Assembly: GCA_043228905.1 (NCBI GenBank)
Contig: JBHGNT010000003.1
Location: 11,718,001-11,782,000 of the forward strand
From: Azolla caroliniana
Taxonomy: Eukaryota; Plantae; Polypodiophyta
Length of the DNA: 64,000 nucleotides
Direction: 5' to 3'
The position numbers and the translations under genes were made by a program. Below, in pieces: positions 49,257-63,632 of the stretch (position 1 is the first letter of the stretch; every line of letters starts with the position of its first letter). Below the pieces are notes generated by a model. That model had not been told where the DNA came from. It worked only from the letters and a program-made list of their open reading frames with translations, and ran no database searches.

Positions 49257-50768
49257 GTTTTAACTAAATTTTCATTTCTCCGTCTTCCAACAAGTTCTCT
49301 TCTTGCTTCTCTCCCTTCGTAAGTTATGGAGTCTATGAGCAAATAGGAATACATGTGTGTTCTCTCTGATCTCGACATGCCCACGAATAAATTTATGGCA
49401 TTATAGCATGAAAATTAAAGGATATTGGGAAACCTACAACAAGTGAGTACCAAAAAAGCTCAACAATATGAAGAGTTATCACAATGGGTTCGTGAACTCG
49501 AGGCTACTATATTGTTATTATGAGAACAAGCGACGTTCTGAGCACCAACAAATGTTATGTCGCCAACCAGAACAGACGTATACTTCTGTAGGTGTAACGC
49601 CTCCACAAGTTTCCATACCCATTACAAGGGATGGCCTAACTCCGATGGAAATAGAGACAACACAACGTTGAGGGCCTTTATCAGATGCTGAGAAGCAACG
49701 ACGTCGCGCGCACTGCCTATGCCTATATTGTAGCGGTCTAGGACATATGGCTGTGAATTGTCCACATAAACCTAGACGTCAAGTATACCAAGTAAGTGCA
49801 CGTGACATCCCTACTTCGAGTTCCATTGTTACTTCTACTAAAATAAATAAGCCTAATAGTTCATGCCATGAGAAAAGATTCGATGTCTTGAGTCAATTAG
49901 AGGATGTGTTAAATGAGTAAGTCCGGCCAAAGTAAGAGCCATTTGGTTGGACCATCCTAGATATATAGAGTTAGTTCCTAGTCGTGGTTCGATTTGATCG
50001 AGTCAAGTGAGTAGAGTTTTTTATGCACAAGTTGAGCTTACCACATCTACATGTCATCGAGTCCTAGTCTCTGCCCTCCTAGATTTTGGAGCCAACTCTT
50101 GTTTCATGGACCACGAATTTGCATTGCCACAAAACATCCTTTTGAAAAGCTCCCCAACCCAGTAGCCGTAAGAGTCATTGATGGCCCTCCCATAGCATTA
50201 GGTGATATAGTCGAGGACTCTGAGCCAATTCGTATAGTTCTTGGCAATTTGGCTAGCATAATCTCTTTCAACATTATTCGTAGTTTGGAACACCCAATAG
50301 TTCTAGGTCTCCCTTGGTTTGAACTCCATAACCGGAAGATTGATTGGATGAAAAGGACTATTGAGGAGACCTAGTAAGAAAGAACAAAGCTCGCATCCCT
50401 CAACTCTCTGACATTTGATACTAGATCCCATAAGTTATTGACCATCGCTTTACGCCAGTTACATGAGGAAGGGGGGACCGAGGATATGCTCGTATTCGCA
50501 ATAGTAGCAACTCCATCATCCACTTTACAGAAGAGGAAATTAAACTACCAGAGAAATACATAGAGTTCGCCGACGTCTTTTATAAGGTGAAGGCCAAAAG
50601 ATTGCTAGCGCATCAGACATATGACTGCCCTATTGACTTAAAACCAGGGAAAGAACCTCCATGGGGCCCAATTTATAATCTCTCCCTTGTAGAGCTAGAG
50701 ACTTTGCGGGAATATATCGACGAGATTCTCGAAAATGGATTCATTCAGCATTCTAGATCCCCTGCTGG

Positions 50769-51216
50769 TGCAGAAGCTTGACAAAACTGGTTTAGACTGC
50801 CAACAACAGAAAATAGAAAACACGAATTCAATGGAAGCTTGAGAATATTTAGCATACACGGGAGAGAGAAAGAGAGAATAGAACATAAAACTCTATTCTA
50901 AAATAATAATCCTCTGTGTACAAAGAATGTGCTCAGAGAGCCCTTTTATACAATTCCATAAAGGATTAACAAAACTACTAACAGGTACTTCAATGCTCAT
51001 ACGAGCGAATGTCACTGACTTCCAAAAATATGCCTACGTACTAGGTTGCATCCGTAGGCCTCTAATGGCCTAACGGTTCCAATCCAATCTAGCTCTCCAA
51101 TTCGGCTCCTGGTTCTGGATATCATCCGGATACCGATCCTGTTCTCCGTTCCGGATACCAGTCCGGCTTTGGCTTATTCAGCCAATCGGGATCCGGTTGA
51201 GCTTGCTCGCTCAACA
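50769..51216 (-). repeat. K-family Copia LTR copy lacking ~14 terminal bp
   Basis: Similar to 55533-55983 and followed by the same H flank CAAAGTGACCATCC. Confidence 0.88.
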
Positions 51217-51539
51217 CAAAGTGACCATCCAGAAGAGATATGTTGTACCGTTAATCCTGAATCTTTTGGAACGTCTTAGTGGAGCAAAATATTTCACGAA
51301 AGTGGACCTTCGTGGTGCATATAAACTAGTTCAGATTCGTCCAGGGGATGAATGGAAGACTCTTTTTCACACTCGCTATGGACATTTCAAGTATATACTA
51401 TGATGCCATTCGGTCTCACGAGTGCACCTGTAGTTTTCCAGCATATGGCGAATGATATTTTTCGAGATTTTCTCAATATCTTCACTATAGTTTAGCTAGA
51501 TGACATTTTGATCTACTCGAAAACCCAGGAGGAGCATGA

Positions 51540-54500
51540 CCCATTTCAGCATGGCGCACCTCGTCCTCCTTGGTCGACTTGTCTACTCAGCAGGCCCATT
51601 TTAGCTCCTTCACTGCTATGACTCCAATGCTTGTCGACTCATCGGTTGAACCGAATCGACTTCCTCCGATTCGTTCCAGCTCTTGTTCAAGTTGGTAGTC
51701 TCCAACTCGTCTTCCATTTTTAGGCCTTGCACCACATCGGACCACGTCCGGGTCTTGGCCTTTGTAGTTGGCTCTGTCCTTCTTGACTTTGCCGCCGCTG
51801 CCGCTTGCTCTGACTTGTTTGGATGTGCCGACTCCTTTGGTCAGCTCGGCTTCCTCTATCTGCTCATCTCCCCCCTTGGTTCTTACTTCCTCTCCTGCGC
51901 CTTGTCTAGTGCCATACGTTCCCATTCCTATTCTCCCCCTCAAGTGTAGCACATTGAGATGCTAAATGCCGAGCATCTTCGAAAAATGCAGCAACTTGTC
52001 TGATCTAAGTGGCTTGGTGAAGATATCGGCAACCTGCCGATCTGTGTGAATATACTGAAGTTCAACTTCACCGCTATGAACCAGCTCACGAACAAAGTGA
52101 TAATGCAGTTCTATTGGTTTGTCTGAGTTGTATGCAGGGTTCTTGGCAAGTTGTATGCTGCTTACGTTATCACAATAAATTAGGATCGGGGTCGACACCT
52201 CGATCCGGAGCTCTCGCAGCAGTCGCGGAAGCTTGATAGCTTCATAGGTGGCAATGGTAGCTCGAGGGGCTTGCTTCAAACAATAAAGCGACTTTTGGAG
52301 TTGGCATACTGCCGACTTGTTTATCTCCGATTGGAATCCGGGGGGTTGGATCATATAGACCCATTCTTCAAGGTCACCATGAAGAAACGCATTCTTCATG
52401 TCGATTCAGTGAAGATGCCATCCCCTTGATGCAGCAACAGCCAGTACCACACGAACCGTCGTCATCTTTACTACTGGAGCGAAGGTCTCGTCGTAGTCGA
52501 TTCCGTGGATCTGTGCATATCCCTTTGCCACTAACTAAGCCTTGTACTGGTTGACCGAACCGTTGGCATTGTACTTCACCTTATATACCCATTTGCAACC
52601 GCCTAGTTTACACTGTCGGGGAGGGTCAACCAAGTCCCATGTGTCGTTGGCAACAAGTGCCCGCATTTCTTCCTCCATAGCAACACGCCAATTTGTGTCT
52701 CTTTGTTGCTTCTGCATAGCTCTCCGGCTTATGCACTTCCGCGTAATCATGTATGCATAGTGATGCGCCATGTACTCATTTTATACGTACCTTTGAATGA
52801 GGTTCTTCTAGCAGATTGAGTGGTGTAACTTTTCGTTAGCCGGTTTGAGGCCCTTCTTGGCCGGTTCAGGCTTCCTTTTTGAAGATCCTCCTTCTTCCTA
52901 TCCAGGGTAAGATTCGCTCCGATCCGACCCTTCACTGTCGGTATCGTATTTCGGCATCTTCTTCTTCCTCTTCTCTTTGCGCGTCAACCGTCTCCTCTGT
53001 TCCTTGCGCAGGGACAACACAACTGAGTCTCCACTACTCGCCGGTTTTTCATCCGACTGGTGATCTCGACTCAGCCACTCATTCGGTCCACTTCGCCGGA
53101 ATGAGATCGGACTGTCATCTAGAGTACCGAAACCTTCATCTTCTTCTTGAATCTCTCCGGTTTCACTATCCTCATCCTCCGGAATCGGGTCTTCGTCGGG
53201 AGTTGGAGTCGGTAGGGAGTACCATGATGCCGACTCATCAAATTCGACATCTCAACTTACTCGTACCTATTTAGTCCGGGGGTTATAATACTTATACCCC
53301 TTTTGTTCATGCGAGTAACTGACGAGTATGCACTTCTCTGATTTCGGATCAAGCTTCCTCCGCTTCTCATCCGGTACATGCACATATGCTATGCTATCGA
53401 ATATCCGAAGGTGTCTCAAATTCGGCTTCAGCCTAATAAAATACAGCTCATGTGTTGACACCTCGTCCCCAAATCGGTTTTGGATGTAGACAATCATCTG
53501 GACTGCCTCAGCCCAGTAGAATTTGGACATGCTCTTCTCTTCCATCATTGCCTTTGCTGCGTCGACAATGTACCAGTTCTTTCTTTTGGCCACACCATTT
53601 TGTTCCGGTGTATATCGACAACTGAATTCTCTCTGAATTCCTTTTTGCCGTAGATAACTATTGAATTGGCCGGAAAAGTATTCTTTTCCGCCATCCAACC
53701 GCAAGCACTTTATCTTCCTCTCCGTTTCCCTTTCGACTAAGCTTTGAAGGTTCCAGAAACAGTCGAAGAATTCGCTTTTCTTCTCGATGAGGTAGATCCA
53801 CATGTGTCGGCTAGTCATCAATGAAGGAGACGAAATACCGACTCCCGCCAAGACTAACGTTCTGTGTCAGTCCCCATACATCCGAATGGATTAGATCGAG
53901 CTTGTTATGGCTCCAATATAGTTCGGTGGGGAATGGAAGCCGATGTTGCTTCCCGAGCTGGCAGGCTTCACATATTTGTGCCTTTTGGCCACTAAACTTC
54001 GGCTTATGCCAGATATCTGATATTGAAACCTCTGGTAGTTCACGTGGCCGATTCAATCTTTTGTTCTTTGGCAAACATGGTGGTGCCGATGTCATTTGTG
54101 TTGAGGATGAACATCCTCCCTTCTCTGCTCCCTTGCGTGATTATTCGGCCTTCTTCCTCGATAAAACATCCGAGGTGCGTAAACCACACTTGCATTCCTT
54201 CGTCGACGATTTGTCCGACAAACACCAGGTTCGTTGTGATTGTCGGAATGTGTAGTACGTTCATCAACTTTCCTTTCTGTCCAACATGGCTTAAAGGGAC
54301 TTCTCCGACATGCACAATCGGGTGAGGGTGTCATCTCCGGTTTTGACGATTCTCGGTTGTTCCGATTTCTCCAAAACTGAGAACCACTCTTCGTGGCTCG
54401 TCATGTGTTTGATGCTCTGGAATCAACATACCATACTTCCTCCAATCCGGAAGAGGTCTTCTTCATCGAGTTCTCCCTGTCCTTTATCCGTTTCCAGTTT

Positions 54501-55983
54501 TCCCGGTTCCGGATCCTTTTGATCTTTCTACGTAGTGTGAGCTTTGTCGGTCCCCTTGTTCGGCCTTGCGGGATCTAGATTTATCCGTATTGGCAGGCTT
54601 ATTCCAACACTCTCTCTCTTTATGGCCTTTCTTGCCACAGTACTAGCATTCTGTGTCGGCTTTCGACTGCTGGTTTCTGTCTCCGCCTTGACTCCCCCTA
54701 CTTGTGGAGGGTCCGGAACTGCTGTCGGCACCGTCTCTGTGCTTTCAGTTTTGCTCTTGTGAGCCGCCTCCATTGCATGCCGACCCACTTCATCCTCCAC
54801 GCCCACGTGGTCGATCCGTCTCCATGTACAACATCCGGATGTCCGATTGAGTGGTCCTCACCCCATTCGCGTGGTTTTCTTCGACCGTCAACATGGATTG
54901 TAAGTCGAAGAAGGACAGTGGCTTCTTCCGGGTGCAAATTATCATCCGGATTGGCCCATACCGTTGTGGTAAACAAGCAAGATAGAGCTCTACCATCTCG
55001 TCTTCTTCCACTGTTATGTTGATGGATCTAAGTGCATCACAGATCTCCTTAATCTTGGTGGTGTGGTTCGTAACTGACATATCTCTCTGCCGGATGTTGT
55101 TCAGCTCTTGCCGGAGTTGCAACTTACGGGTTGTGGTACTTGCGGCGAAAATCTTCCATAGATTTTCCCAGGCCTCCTTTCACGATTTTGCATCCTTGAT
55201 GTAGTCGAGCATCTGATCATGCACACCGGATCCGAGGCAATACAATACTCGGCTCGCTCCTTGCTCCCATGCCGGGAAGTCTTTGTGTGCCGGCTCTAGT
55301 GCTACCTCGTTGGTACCTTCCACAAAGCTCCAATATCCATGCCCCATTAGGTACTGGTGCATTTTATATGACCAAGATGCATAATTGCCACGATCGAGCT
55401 TTTCTGTGGGAAGCGAACTTGCCATACCTTTGTCCATTTTGATTCTCTACTGTTCTTCGCCGGGTGTTAGGGTTTGCCTTCGAAAGCGTCTGTCGGCTAC
55501 AGAGGAGTCTCAACCCTCGCGCTCTGATACCATATAAAAGTTAGCATGCGGAAGGTTGACTAAACCGGTTTTGTTGGGCAACAATAGAGAATAGAAAACA
55601 CAGGTTCAATGGAAGCTTGAGAATATCTAACATACACGGGAGAGACAGAGAGAGAGCATAACATAAAACTCTATTCTAAAATAATAATCCCCTGTGTACA
55701 TAGAATGTGCTTAGAGAGCACTTTTATACAAGTCCATAAAGGACTGACAGAACCACTAACAGGTACTTCAATGCTCATACGAGCGACTGTCACTAACTCC
55801 CAAAAATATGCCTACGTACTAGGCTAGATTTGTAGGCCTCTAACAGCCTAACGATTTCAATCTGATCTGGCTCTCTGATTCGGCTCCTGGTTCTGGACAC
55901 CGATCTGGTTCTCCGTTCCGGATACCGGTCCAGCTCTAGCTTAGTCAACCGATCGAGATCCGGTTGAGCTTGCTCACTCAACA
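51540..55983 (-). mobile_element. Element K: Copia related to C/J, 3'-truncated, most of RT deleted; PBS 55521-55532, 5' LTR 55533-55983
   Basis: MASSLPTEKLDRGNYASW gag, LRLDGGKEY integrase, LKQAPRA fused directly to RNase H TIATYEAI. Confidence 0.9.
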
Positions 55984-58619
55984 CAAAGTGACCATCCAGA
56001 ATAGATATGCTCTATCGTTAATCCTGAATCTTTTGGAACGTCTTAGTGGAGCAAAATATTTCATGAAAGTGGACCTTTGTGGTGCATATAATCTAGTTCA
56101 GATTCATCCGGGGGATGAATGAAAGACTACTTTTCACACTCGCCATGGACATTTCGAGTATATATTGTGATGCCATTCGGTCTCATGAATGCACCTGAAG
56201 TTTTCCAGTATTTGGCGAATGATATTTTTCGCGATTTTCTCAATTTCTTCACTATAGTTTACCTAGATGACATTTTGATCTACTCGAAGACCCAAGAGGA
56301 GCATGATGAACATGTTCGTTAGGTACTACGTTGACTACGAGAATATGGTCTCTACGCAAAATTAGAAAAGTGTAGTTTCGGCCATATTCAAGTGGAATGT
56401 TTGGGGTACGTTGTATCATCAAATGGTATTTCTATGGACCCCATGCAGGTTGAAGAAGTTTTAGAGTGGGAGACGCTCGTTTAAGTGCGTGATGTGCAAT
56501 GTTTTCTCGGGTTTGCAAACTTTTATCAGAAATTTATTAAAAATTATTCTAAGGTTGTGCTTCAGTTTACTCAACTCACACACAAAAATCAACAATTCAT
56601 ATGGAGTTCAGATGTAGCCGAGGCATTTGAAAGTTTAAAACGGGCATTTACAACGGCACCTATTTTAGCACATGTCGATCCAACAAAATGCTTCATTCTT
56701 GAAGCTGATGCATCCGATTTTGCACTAGGAAGTGTCCTATCGTAGACTTGAGATGACGGAGAGCTACACCCTGTCACCTTTCATTCATGAAAGTTTGAAG
56801 TTGCAGAGATCAACGACGAGATCCATGAATAAGAACTTCTTGGAATTGTGGATTCTTTTTAACAATGGAGAGACATTTTCTAGAAGGCTCTTCTCAGCAA
56901 ATCATTGTCTACAATGATCATAAGAATCTGACATATTTTCAAAATGCCCGCGTCTTGAGTCGGCGACGAGCCCGGTGGGCGCAAATTTTGACCCACGTCG
57001 ACTTTGTAATCATATATCGCATCAAAAACAAATCCTTTTGGGTCCTAGTCTCCTACGATTAATGGTAGTTAATGCCATAACAACACTTGAAGATTCCACT
57101 CTTCTTGATTCCATTCGAGATCATATGGCCACAGGTGAACTCGCCAAGGATGTTTTGGATGATATTGTCCCAGATCGTGCTTCATGCTCGCAGTTGAAAA
57201 AACCTCCTAATGATTATCAACAGTTCTTATGGCATGGTGGTTTTTTATTTTGACAAAACCTATTGTACCTTCCTGATGATCCCCCATGACCACAAGTTTT
57301 ACAACATTGCCATGACTCACCAATGCCTAGACATTTTGGAGTACGCAAAACTCTAGAATTAATTTCTCGACAATTTTGGTGGCCTCGCCTTTGTCATTTT
57401 GTTGAGGAGTATGTTTCGAGCTGTGATACATGTTGTCGATCAAAGAGTCCTCGACATCGATCCTATGGCTTACTACAACCACTTCCCATTCCGGAAAATC
57501 ATTGGAAGTCTATATCCTTGGATTTCATTACTGATCTCCTAGTTTCAAAACGTTATGATGCAATTCTCACAGTGGTTGATCGACTTACCAAAATGGCACA
57601 TTTCTTGCCATGTACGAAGTCTATTACTAGTTAAGAGGCAGTTGATCCAATTATGCGGGAGGTATTGAAGCACCATGGTCTTCTAGATGATATTATTAGT
57701 GATCGGAGTCCAGAATTTATCTCAATGTTTTGGAAGCACATACTCAAACTTCTCCAAATTTCGGCTAAGCTTTCTTTGGCTATCATCCTGAGACTATTGG
57801 CCAAACAGAGCGTACCAATGAGACATTGGAGCAATATCTTCGTTGTTTCATCAATTACCAACAAGATGATTGGGTTGAATTTTTGCACTTCGCTCAATTC
57901 GTTTACAACAACTCGGTCCATTCTTCTACGGGATATTCCCCATTTTTGCAAATACGGGTCGTCATCCTCGGTGGACAAAGAATGCGCATCCAGAAGTGCC
58001 TACCAACCCAAGAAATTCACGCTACCATTATTCACAATTTGCATGATGCTCAAGTTACACACAAGAGGCTTGCTCATCGTCATCGCCTAGATTCCTCCAA
58101 AAAATTCTGTGTTGGGGATCGTGCATGGCTTATCCAACACAACATCAAAACTACAACCTTGCGGTAAATTGGATTACAAACGTTTTGGCCAATACATGAT
58201 CACTGGTAAGATAAGTGATGTTGCATTTCGTCTTGGCCTCCCTCCGCACATGCGTCTTCATCGGGTGTTTCATATATCCCTTTTGGAACCTTACGCCACA
58301 AATTCAATTTCGGGTCGTCTTATAATTCCCCCCCACCTGTTGAATTCTTGGAAGGACCCGAATTTGAGGTTGTTGCCATTTTCGATTCTAAAGTCATTCT
58401 CAACAAATTGTATTACTTAGTTGATTGGGTAGGCTATACCCCCAATGATCGAACTTGGGAACCTGCAACAAATCTTTCCAATGTCGTAGACATGGTCATC
58501 ACATTTCATCGCGACTATCCTCATAAACCAGGTTCTACTACCAGCCCTACGACATGTCAAACTAGGTTCTACTACTAGCCCTACGACCCGTGCGAAATGT
58601 CGTCGAAGAAGGGGGATAG

Positions 58620-59085
58620 TGTCATGATGACACTCACATCATGCCTCGAAAGGATTTGAACCCACAACCTTGTTATACACATTTCAAATCCTTAACCATT
58701 GTAGTAACATGTTTATGTATGGTTTTTAGAATATATAATCCAATATCATAAGAATATTCTATATTACTTTATATTCTAGAATGCCCTAGAATGTTCTTTA
58801 GTGTTCTATATGCTAGAACCTTCTAGACTACTAGATTTCTCTATATTCTAGAATGTCCTAGAATATTCTAAAGTAATCTATAATACTCTATAGGGATTTT
58901 TAAATAGGGATCTATCAATCCTCCAAAACCAAATTGGTTCAACACCATCCTATAGCTCCCTAGTGTCTACTCTTTGTACTCCATCTTATATTGCAATACA
59001 ATACTTTCTTTTCGATTCTCTCTTTATATCTTAACAATATATCTCTTTTCTTCTCTTTCTCTCCCTTTTTCTCTTTGTCTTGACA
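58620..59085 (+). repeat. H 3' LTR
   Basis: Follows PPT GAAGAAGGGGGATAG; repeat of 48775-49256. Confidence 0.9.
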
Positions 59086-61524
59086 CCTTGGAGATGGTCA
59101 ATTAGATCATCTGCCTGGGGCAATAGATATGAATTCTTGCTCGTCACTTTATTCAAGCATCGGTAATTAATACACATACGCCATATGCCCTCTTTCTTTT
59201 TTACCATGACAAAAGGTGCACCCCATGGAGATTTACTGTAACGTATATAACCCATTCATAAATAGTCCTCGAGTTGCTTAGATACTTCATTCTCTTCGGA
59301 TCGACTTAAGCGATAACGAGGTATATTTATTGGTGCAACACCAGGTACAATATCTATACGATGGTCTATATTACATTTAGGAGGTAACCAATGTGGTAGT
59401 TCACTCGGAAAAACATTAGGAAAATCATTTAAGATTTCATTGAGTTGTTGTTGTTCAAAATATGATAATTGACCCAAGACATTATTGATATTATAAACGT
59501 GAATGTTTGGATCAAGTACACAATAAAATAAGGAAGAACAAGACAACTCGGATATTGATGGATAGGAAACAATCGAAAGAGAGTGTTTATTTACACAATG
59601 AATAAAATGAATAAAAGGAGATGGAATGGTGAACTCAATCAATAAAACTCAATAAAACTCAATAAAACTCAATAAAACTAGGGATAACCCAGTATCACAT
59701 CAGTGGTACAAAGATTCATTACATGGAAGTCTACTTCCTCTATATAAGTATCAATAGAAATTCCTAATGAATGAATCACTTCATTGATGTACTATACTCT
59801 TCCATAAGCCAAGTGCACCCTATTGGTGTGATCACTTACGTGGGTTGGATTCCGCATATCTGAACCAAACGATCATTCACAAAATTGTGTGGGCTTCTCG
59901 AATCAAATAAAAATTGTATGGGAGATCCATTGATATACCCGTTTGCATGTAGTAAATCATTGGGTCCCAATACATAGTGAGGGAAAGAACATTGAAAATT
60001 ACTAAAATGATGTGTATGGACCTGAAGGACATTAGGAATCTGACCTTTATGGCCTGCACCTTTGGTTTTGTTAACGTGCTCTTTCCGCTGGAGCTTTCAA
60101 AATTGCTCTTTTGTATGACCCTTCTTTTTGCAGAATACACAAAAAGGATGATGTCACTTACAATCACGATCCATGAATTCGTTAGCTGTCTTGCATTTTC
60201 GGGTGCTTCGTTGGGTTTGTTATGCTCCTTCTTCGAAGTGCGTTCATAGTGAAGAACTATTTCAATGACCTCTTTGAAGGTATTTGGATCCTTATCGTGC
60301 ATTATCTAGTGATAGTCCGAATTGGGGATGCCATTGACAAAACAAGCTATCAACCAATTGTCCCCTTCTAGACCCGATTTTTGGATTTGGGTTCTAGTAT
60401 GGTGAACATAGTCTTCTAGCGAGGAAACTTCCTGTTAGAGAGGTTCATTAAAGCTTGTGCTATCTCGGTTAGAGAGGGAGGTTGTAGAAATTGGCCCTTG
60501 AAAATTGTGACAAAATCTGTCTAGGCATCAGACAATTTCCTCAAACTTCGGAGTTTATGCCACCAGGTGGCGGCCTTACCCCCTAGTTCTTGGCCAACAT
60601 ATGCAATCTTCGTACTATGTGGCGTGGTATAGAGCTCAAAATGAGACTCCCATCGGTCTAGTCACGTGCAGATTGCTTCTTCGGTTTGTTCCTTTTTTTC
60701 TCCCGTAAATGGCTTTACGACAAATGATGGTTCCCCCTGACGCTCATTGGGTCTATTACTGTCACATTGTAAACTAATGACACATGCCTCGAGAGCACTT
60801 TGAGATTACCAAAGTTTGGACATCTGATGAGCGGTTGAACTAAGGATATTTTGTATTTGTAAGAAATACGACTTAATGGAGATTGGCCGAGGAGGATTTC
60901 CTTGAGTTCCTTCTACTTGAGCGAATGACATCGGGTTGTTATTATGAGCCATTGTTTAAATGATAATTTCTGGCAAAAAAAAAAGGATAAGATCAGACAA
61001 ATAGTCATAACATCATGTCGTGATGTAAACATATCATGGGCTAACATTAATCGATATCATGATCTCACGTCAATACCCCTCTAGACGTATGAGATAATGT
61101 TCAAGATCATGTTACTATGGTAACACAAAGGTGTTTTAAAAACCATGGGGGTGACAAATGAATGTCTTTCCCTAATCTCTATATCGATTATTTCATGGCA
61201 GCTCCCCGAGGCTAAACCATGTATGTTCGTGTCATGAATAGTTTATACACGAGAAAAAATGTTAACAATAAACTATGTTTCTGTGCCCACGTATGTGGTT
61301 TCGGCTCTTTAAGTCTTATTACGAGGACCCCTAAGGGCACTTAGACCTAAAGTCTAAACATGTATTATAGTCATATGTATCAACAATGTTGTATGGTCTT
61401 GGTCATATTTGAACTCGAGACCTCGAGATCAAATGCATTAAACACTTGGGCTAACCAAATAGGTTGCTCGTGTTAAATGCTTTATGTTTTATGCGTATAA
61501 GAGATATGCGAGGCATTTGCCCAT

Positions 61525-62449
61525 TGTTGTAGGTTTTAAGGTTAGGGTTACTAATTATGATAATGATTATTGGTGATAATAACGAAGATGGAAATGGTTA
61601 TGGCATTGAGAAGCATTGCAGGGTGGGGGTGGTTCCTAGAATGGCTCAACCCCCCTCTCAAGGGGGTTCAATGATAGGGAAGAGGGAGAGAAAGAGATAT
61701 GAGAAGAGAGACAGAGATTGAGAGAGAACTATTCCTTTCATACTTCATTCATTCCCCATAAGGGGTTAAATAGTTACAAGAGGGTCTGCTCCTTCGTCTC
61801 TGCTCGTGCTTTGCGATCCAACCTGTCCAGTTTGGTTGTGCCTTTTATTTTTCTGGTTCAACCATGTCGTTACGGTTCGTGTCAGTAGTGTCTTTGCGGT
61901 CATTCATGCCTGGTACGTCCGATAGTGTCTTTTCCGCATTGTCTACTTTTCTGGCCATCGATGTCTGGTCTATGTCAACGTCTCCTTCTCTATCTATGTT
62001 GGCCCTTCTATGTTAACCAACTCTGGTTCTGATTCTGGTTGTCTCTGTGCTACTTCTAGAACCATCTACTGTGCATTCTCAACACTTCTTGCCGGCATCC
62101 ACTCCACACATTGCTTCTTCCTCCGTAGTATCCTAGTGGGCTTCTCTTTCCGGTCGTGCTCACACTGATTCCCTGTGCTACTTGTATTCGAAGATTCTTT
62201 GCCGGTCCCTTCTCTATCGTTGTTCGTCTAACCATGTCATTGTTCGTCTTTGTCTTTTTGGTTGTCTCTCGCACCATGATTTCCCACACATGCACATTGT
62301 TGCTAACCGCACACTTGCAAATACGTCCATTGCATATCCTTTTGCGACGTAATCTCGCACATCACCGTGTTGCATTCCTCAACCTTGACGGCTCCTAATC
62401 ACGATCACCATTTCCCGCACATCGTCCATTTGATTTCTCGCACATCAGT
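61525..62449. repeat. Probable LTR or UTR fragment of a further family
   Basis: Starts TGTTGT where G similarity has just ended; GA-rich tract and repeated CGCACATC motifs; no partner copy in window. Confidence 0.3.
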
Positions 62450-62790
62450 TATTATGGGCATGACCATATAATATCCCGTGGTGAGAATTTACCGTAGTAT
62501 TCTATACATGTGGATAAGTGTGAGGGTTAAACGAGAGTGTAAATAAGGGGAGGATTACTTTTAATCCTCGAGATTGACACAAACCATTAGGCCAAGTGTG
62601 AACTTGCATGGGGTGGGGGCCTTGGGTATCACTATAAATATGAGGCCTAGCTACCCTCATTTCATCATATCTTGACTACGTCGAGACTCTATTTCGTGGT
62701 GGGTCAACTCTTGTAGCGAGCGCGCCAGCACTAGGTATGAATCGACGCCACGGCGGTGGTATGGGATGCCAATTGAGGCTCGAGTCTGTC
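62450..62790 (+). repeat. Truncated D-family LTR
   Basis: Aligns with the first ~335 bp of 24895-25348. Confidence 0.9.
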
Positions 62791-63632
62791 TGGTATCAGA
62801 GCTTGACATTTCTTTTGGTTTTACTGCCATCATCTACTTAGTCTCCATTAGCAACTCTCCCCTCTTCACATCGTGAAGATCTCAGTTGGCAACTCTCTAC
62901 AAGATCTTTTTTTTTTGTGGGAAGAAAAACGGCTGCAAACCTACACTCCATTGCTCTAAATCACCATTAAAGTAAGCTCGTTGGCTGTACTTTACCACTG
63001 TGATTGTAGCCACTCATAGTGAGATTTTATTTTGAAGGCTCTGCCTCAATCGTGCTACATCGGATAAGACAACAATCGAATATGTCAATCGACGCTATTC
63101 ACTTGTTCATTAGAATCACTCATAGTAGTTTGGGCTCCAGGGAACTACCCCACTCTATGCTTCATTCAGCTGAACGTCATTCGGGAGGACCAGTCGGCTC
63201 CATCCCTCTCATCATTGCAGTCACCCAAAGTAGGATCGGCTTGGATAATCGGCACATAATCTGTGATCGGCATCTTAAAATCGACACTCGAAATCGAAAT
63301 CGGCAAATCGGACTAGAACAACATCTGGAGAGCCAGTCGGCTGCTTCCCACCACCGTTCGTAGTCGACTCCGAACAAAGTCCACTCAACCAACACAAATG
63401 GCATCAACATCCGGCTCGTCACAGATGAATCTAAGGAAGTTTGACGGATCGAACTTCAACTTCTGGAAGGAATAGATGCAAGACTATCTAATAGTCAAGG
63501 GTTAGATCGATCCAATCAAGAACGAAAACCAGCCAGAAGGATACAAGCCGATTGAGTGGCAAAAGCTGGACATGATTTTCTGTGCCACAATTCGGATGCA
63601 CCTGTCAGAGTCCATGTATTTCACAGTTCATT
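62791..63632 (+). mobile_element. Copia fragment of a different (Tork/Tnt1-like) family: PBS-iMet, 5' UTR, gag start at 63398
   Basis: TGGTATCAGAGC at 62791; MASTSGSSQMNLRKFDGSNFNFWKE*MQDYLIVKG...EWQKLD...ATIRMHLSES. Confidence 0.78.

Larger units (their letters stand above)
48775..59085 (+). mobile_element. Element H: older Tcn1-like chromovirus inserted in G RT
   Basis: LTRs 48775-49256 and 58620-59085, perfect TSD CCTTG (48770-48774, 59086-59090); gag with internal deletion 49326-49920, pol pieces to chromodomain EFEVVAIFDS...YYLVDWVGY. Confidence 0.92.
41579..61512 (-). mobile_element. Element G: older, LTR-less D-family chromovirus copy in three pieces (41579-41722, 47329-48774, 59086-61512)
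   Basis: Reverse complement aligns to D ~20050-23962: 5' UTR, gag (ATG 60952), PR, RT, RH, INT up to ELAYQ. Confidence 0.9.
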
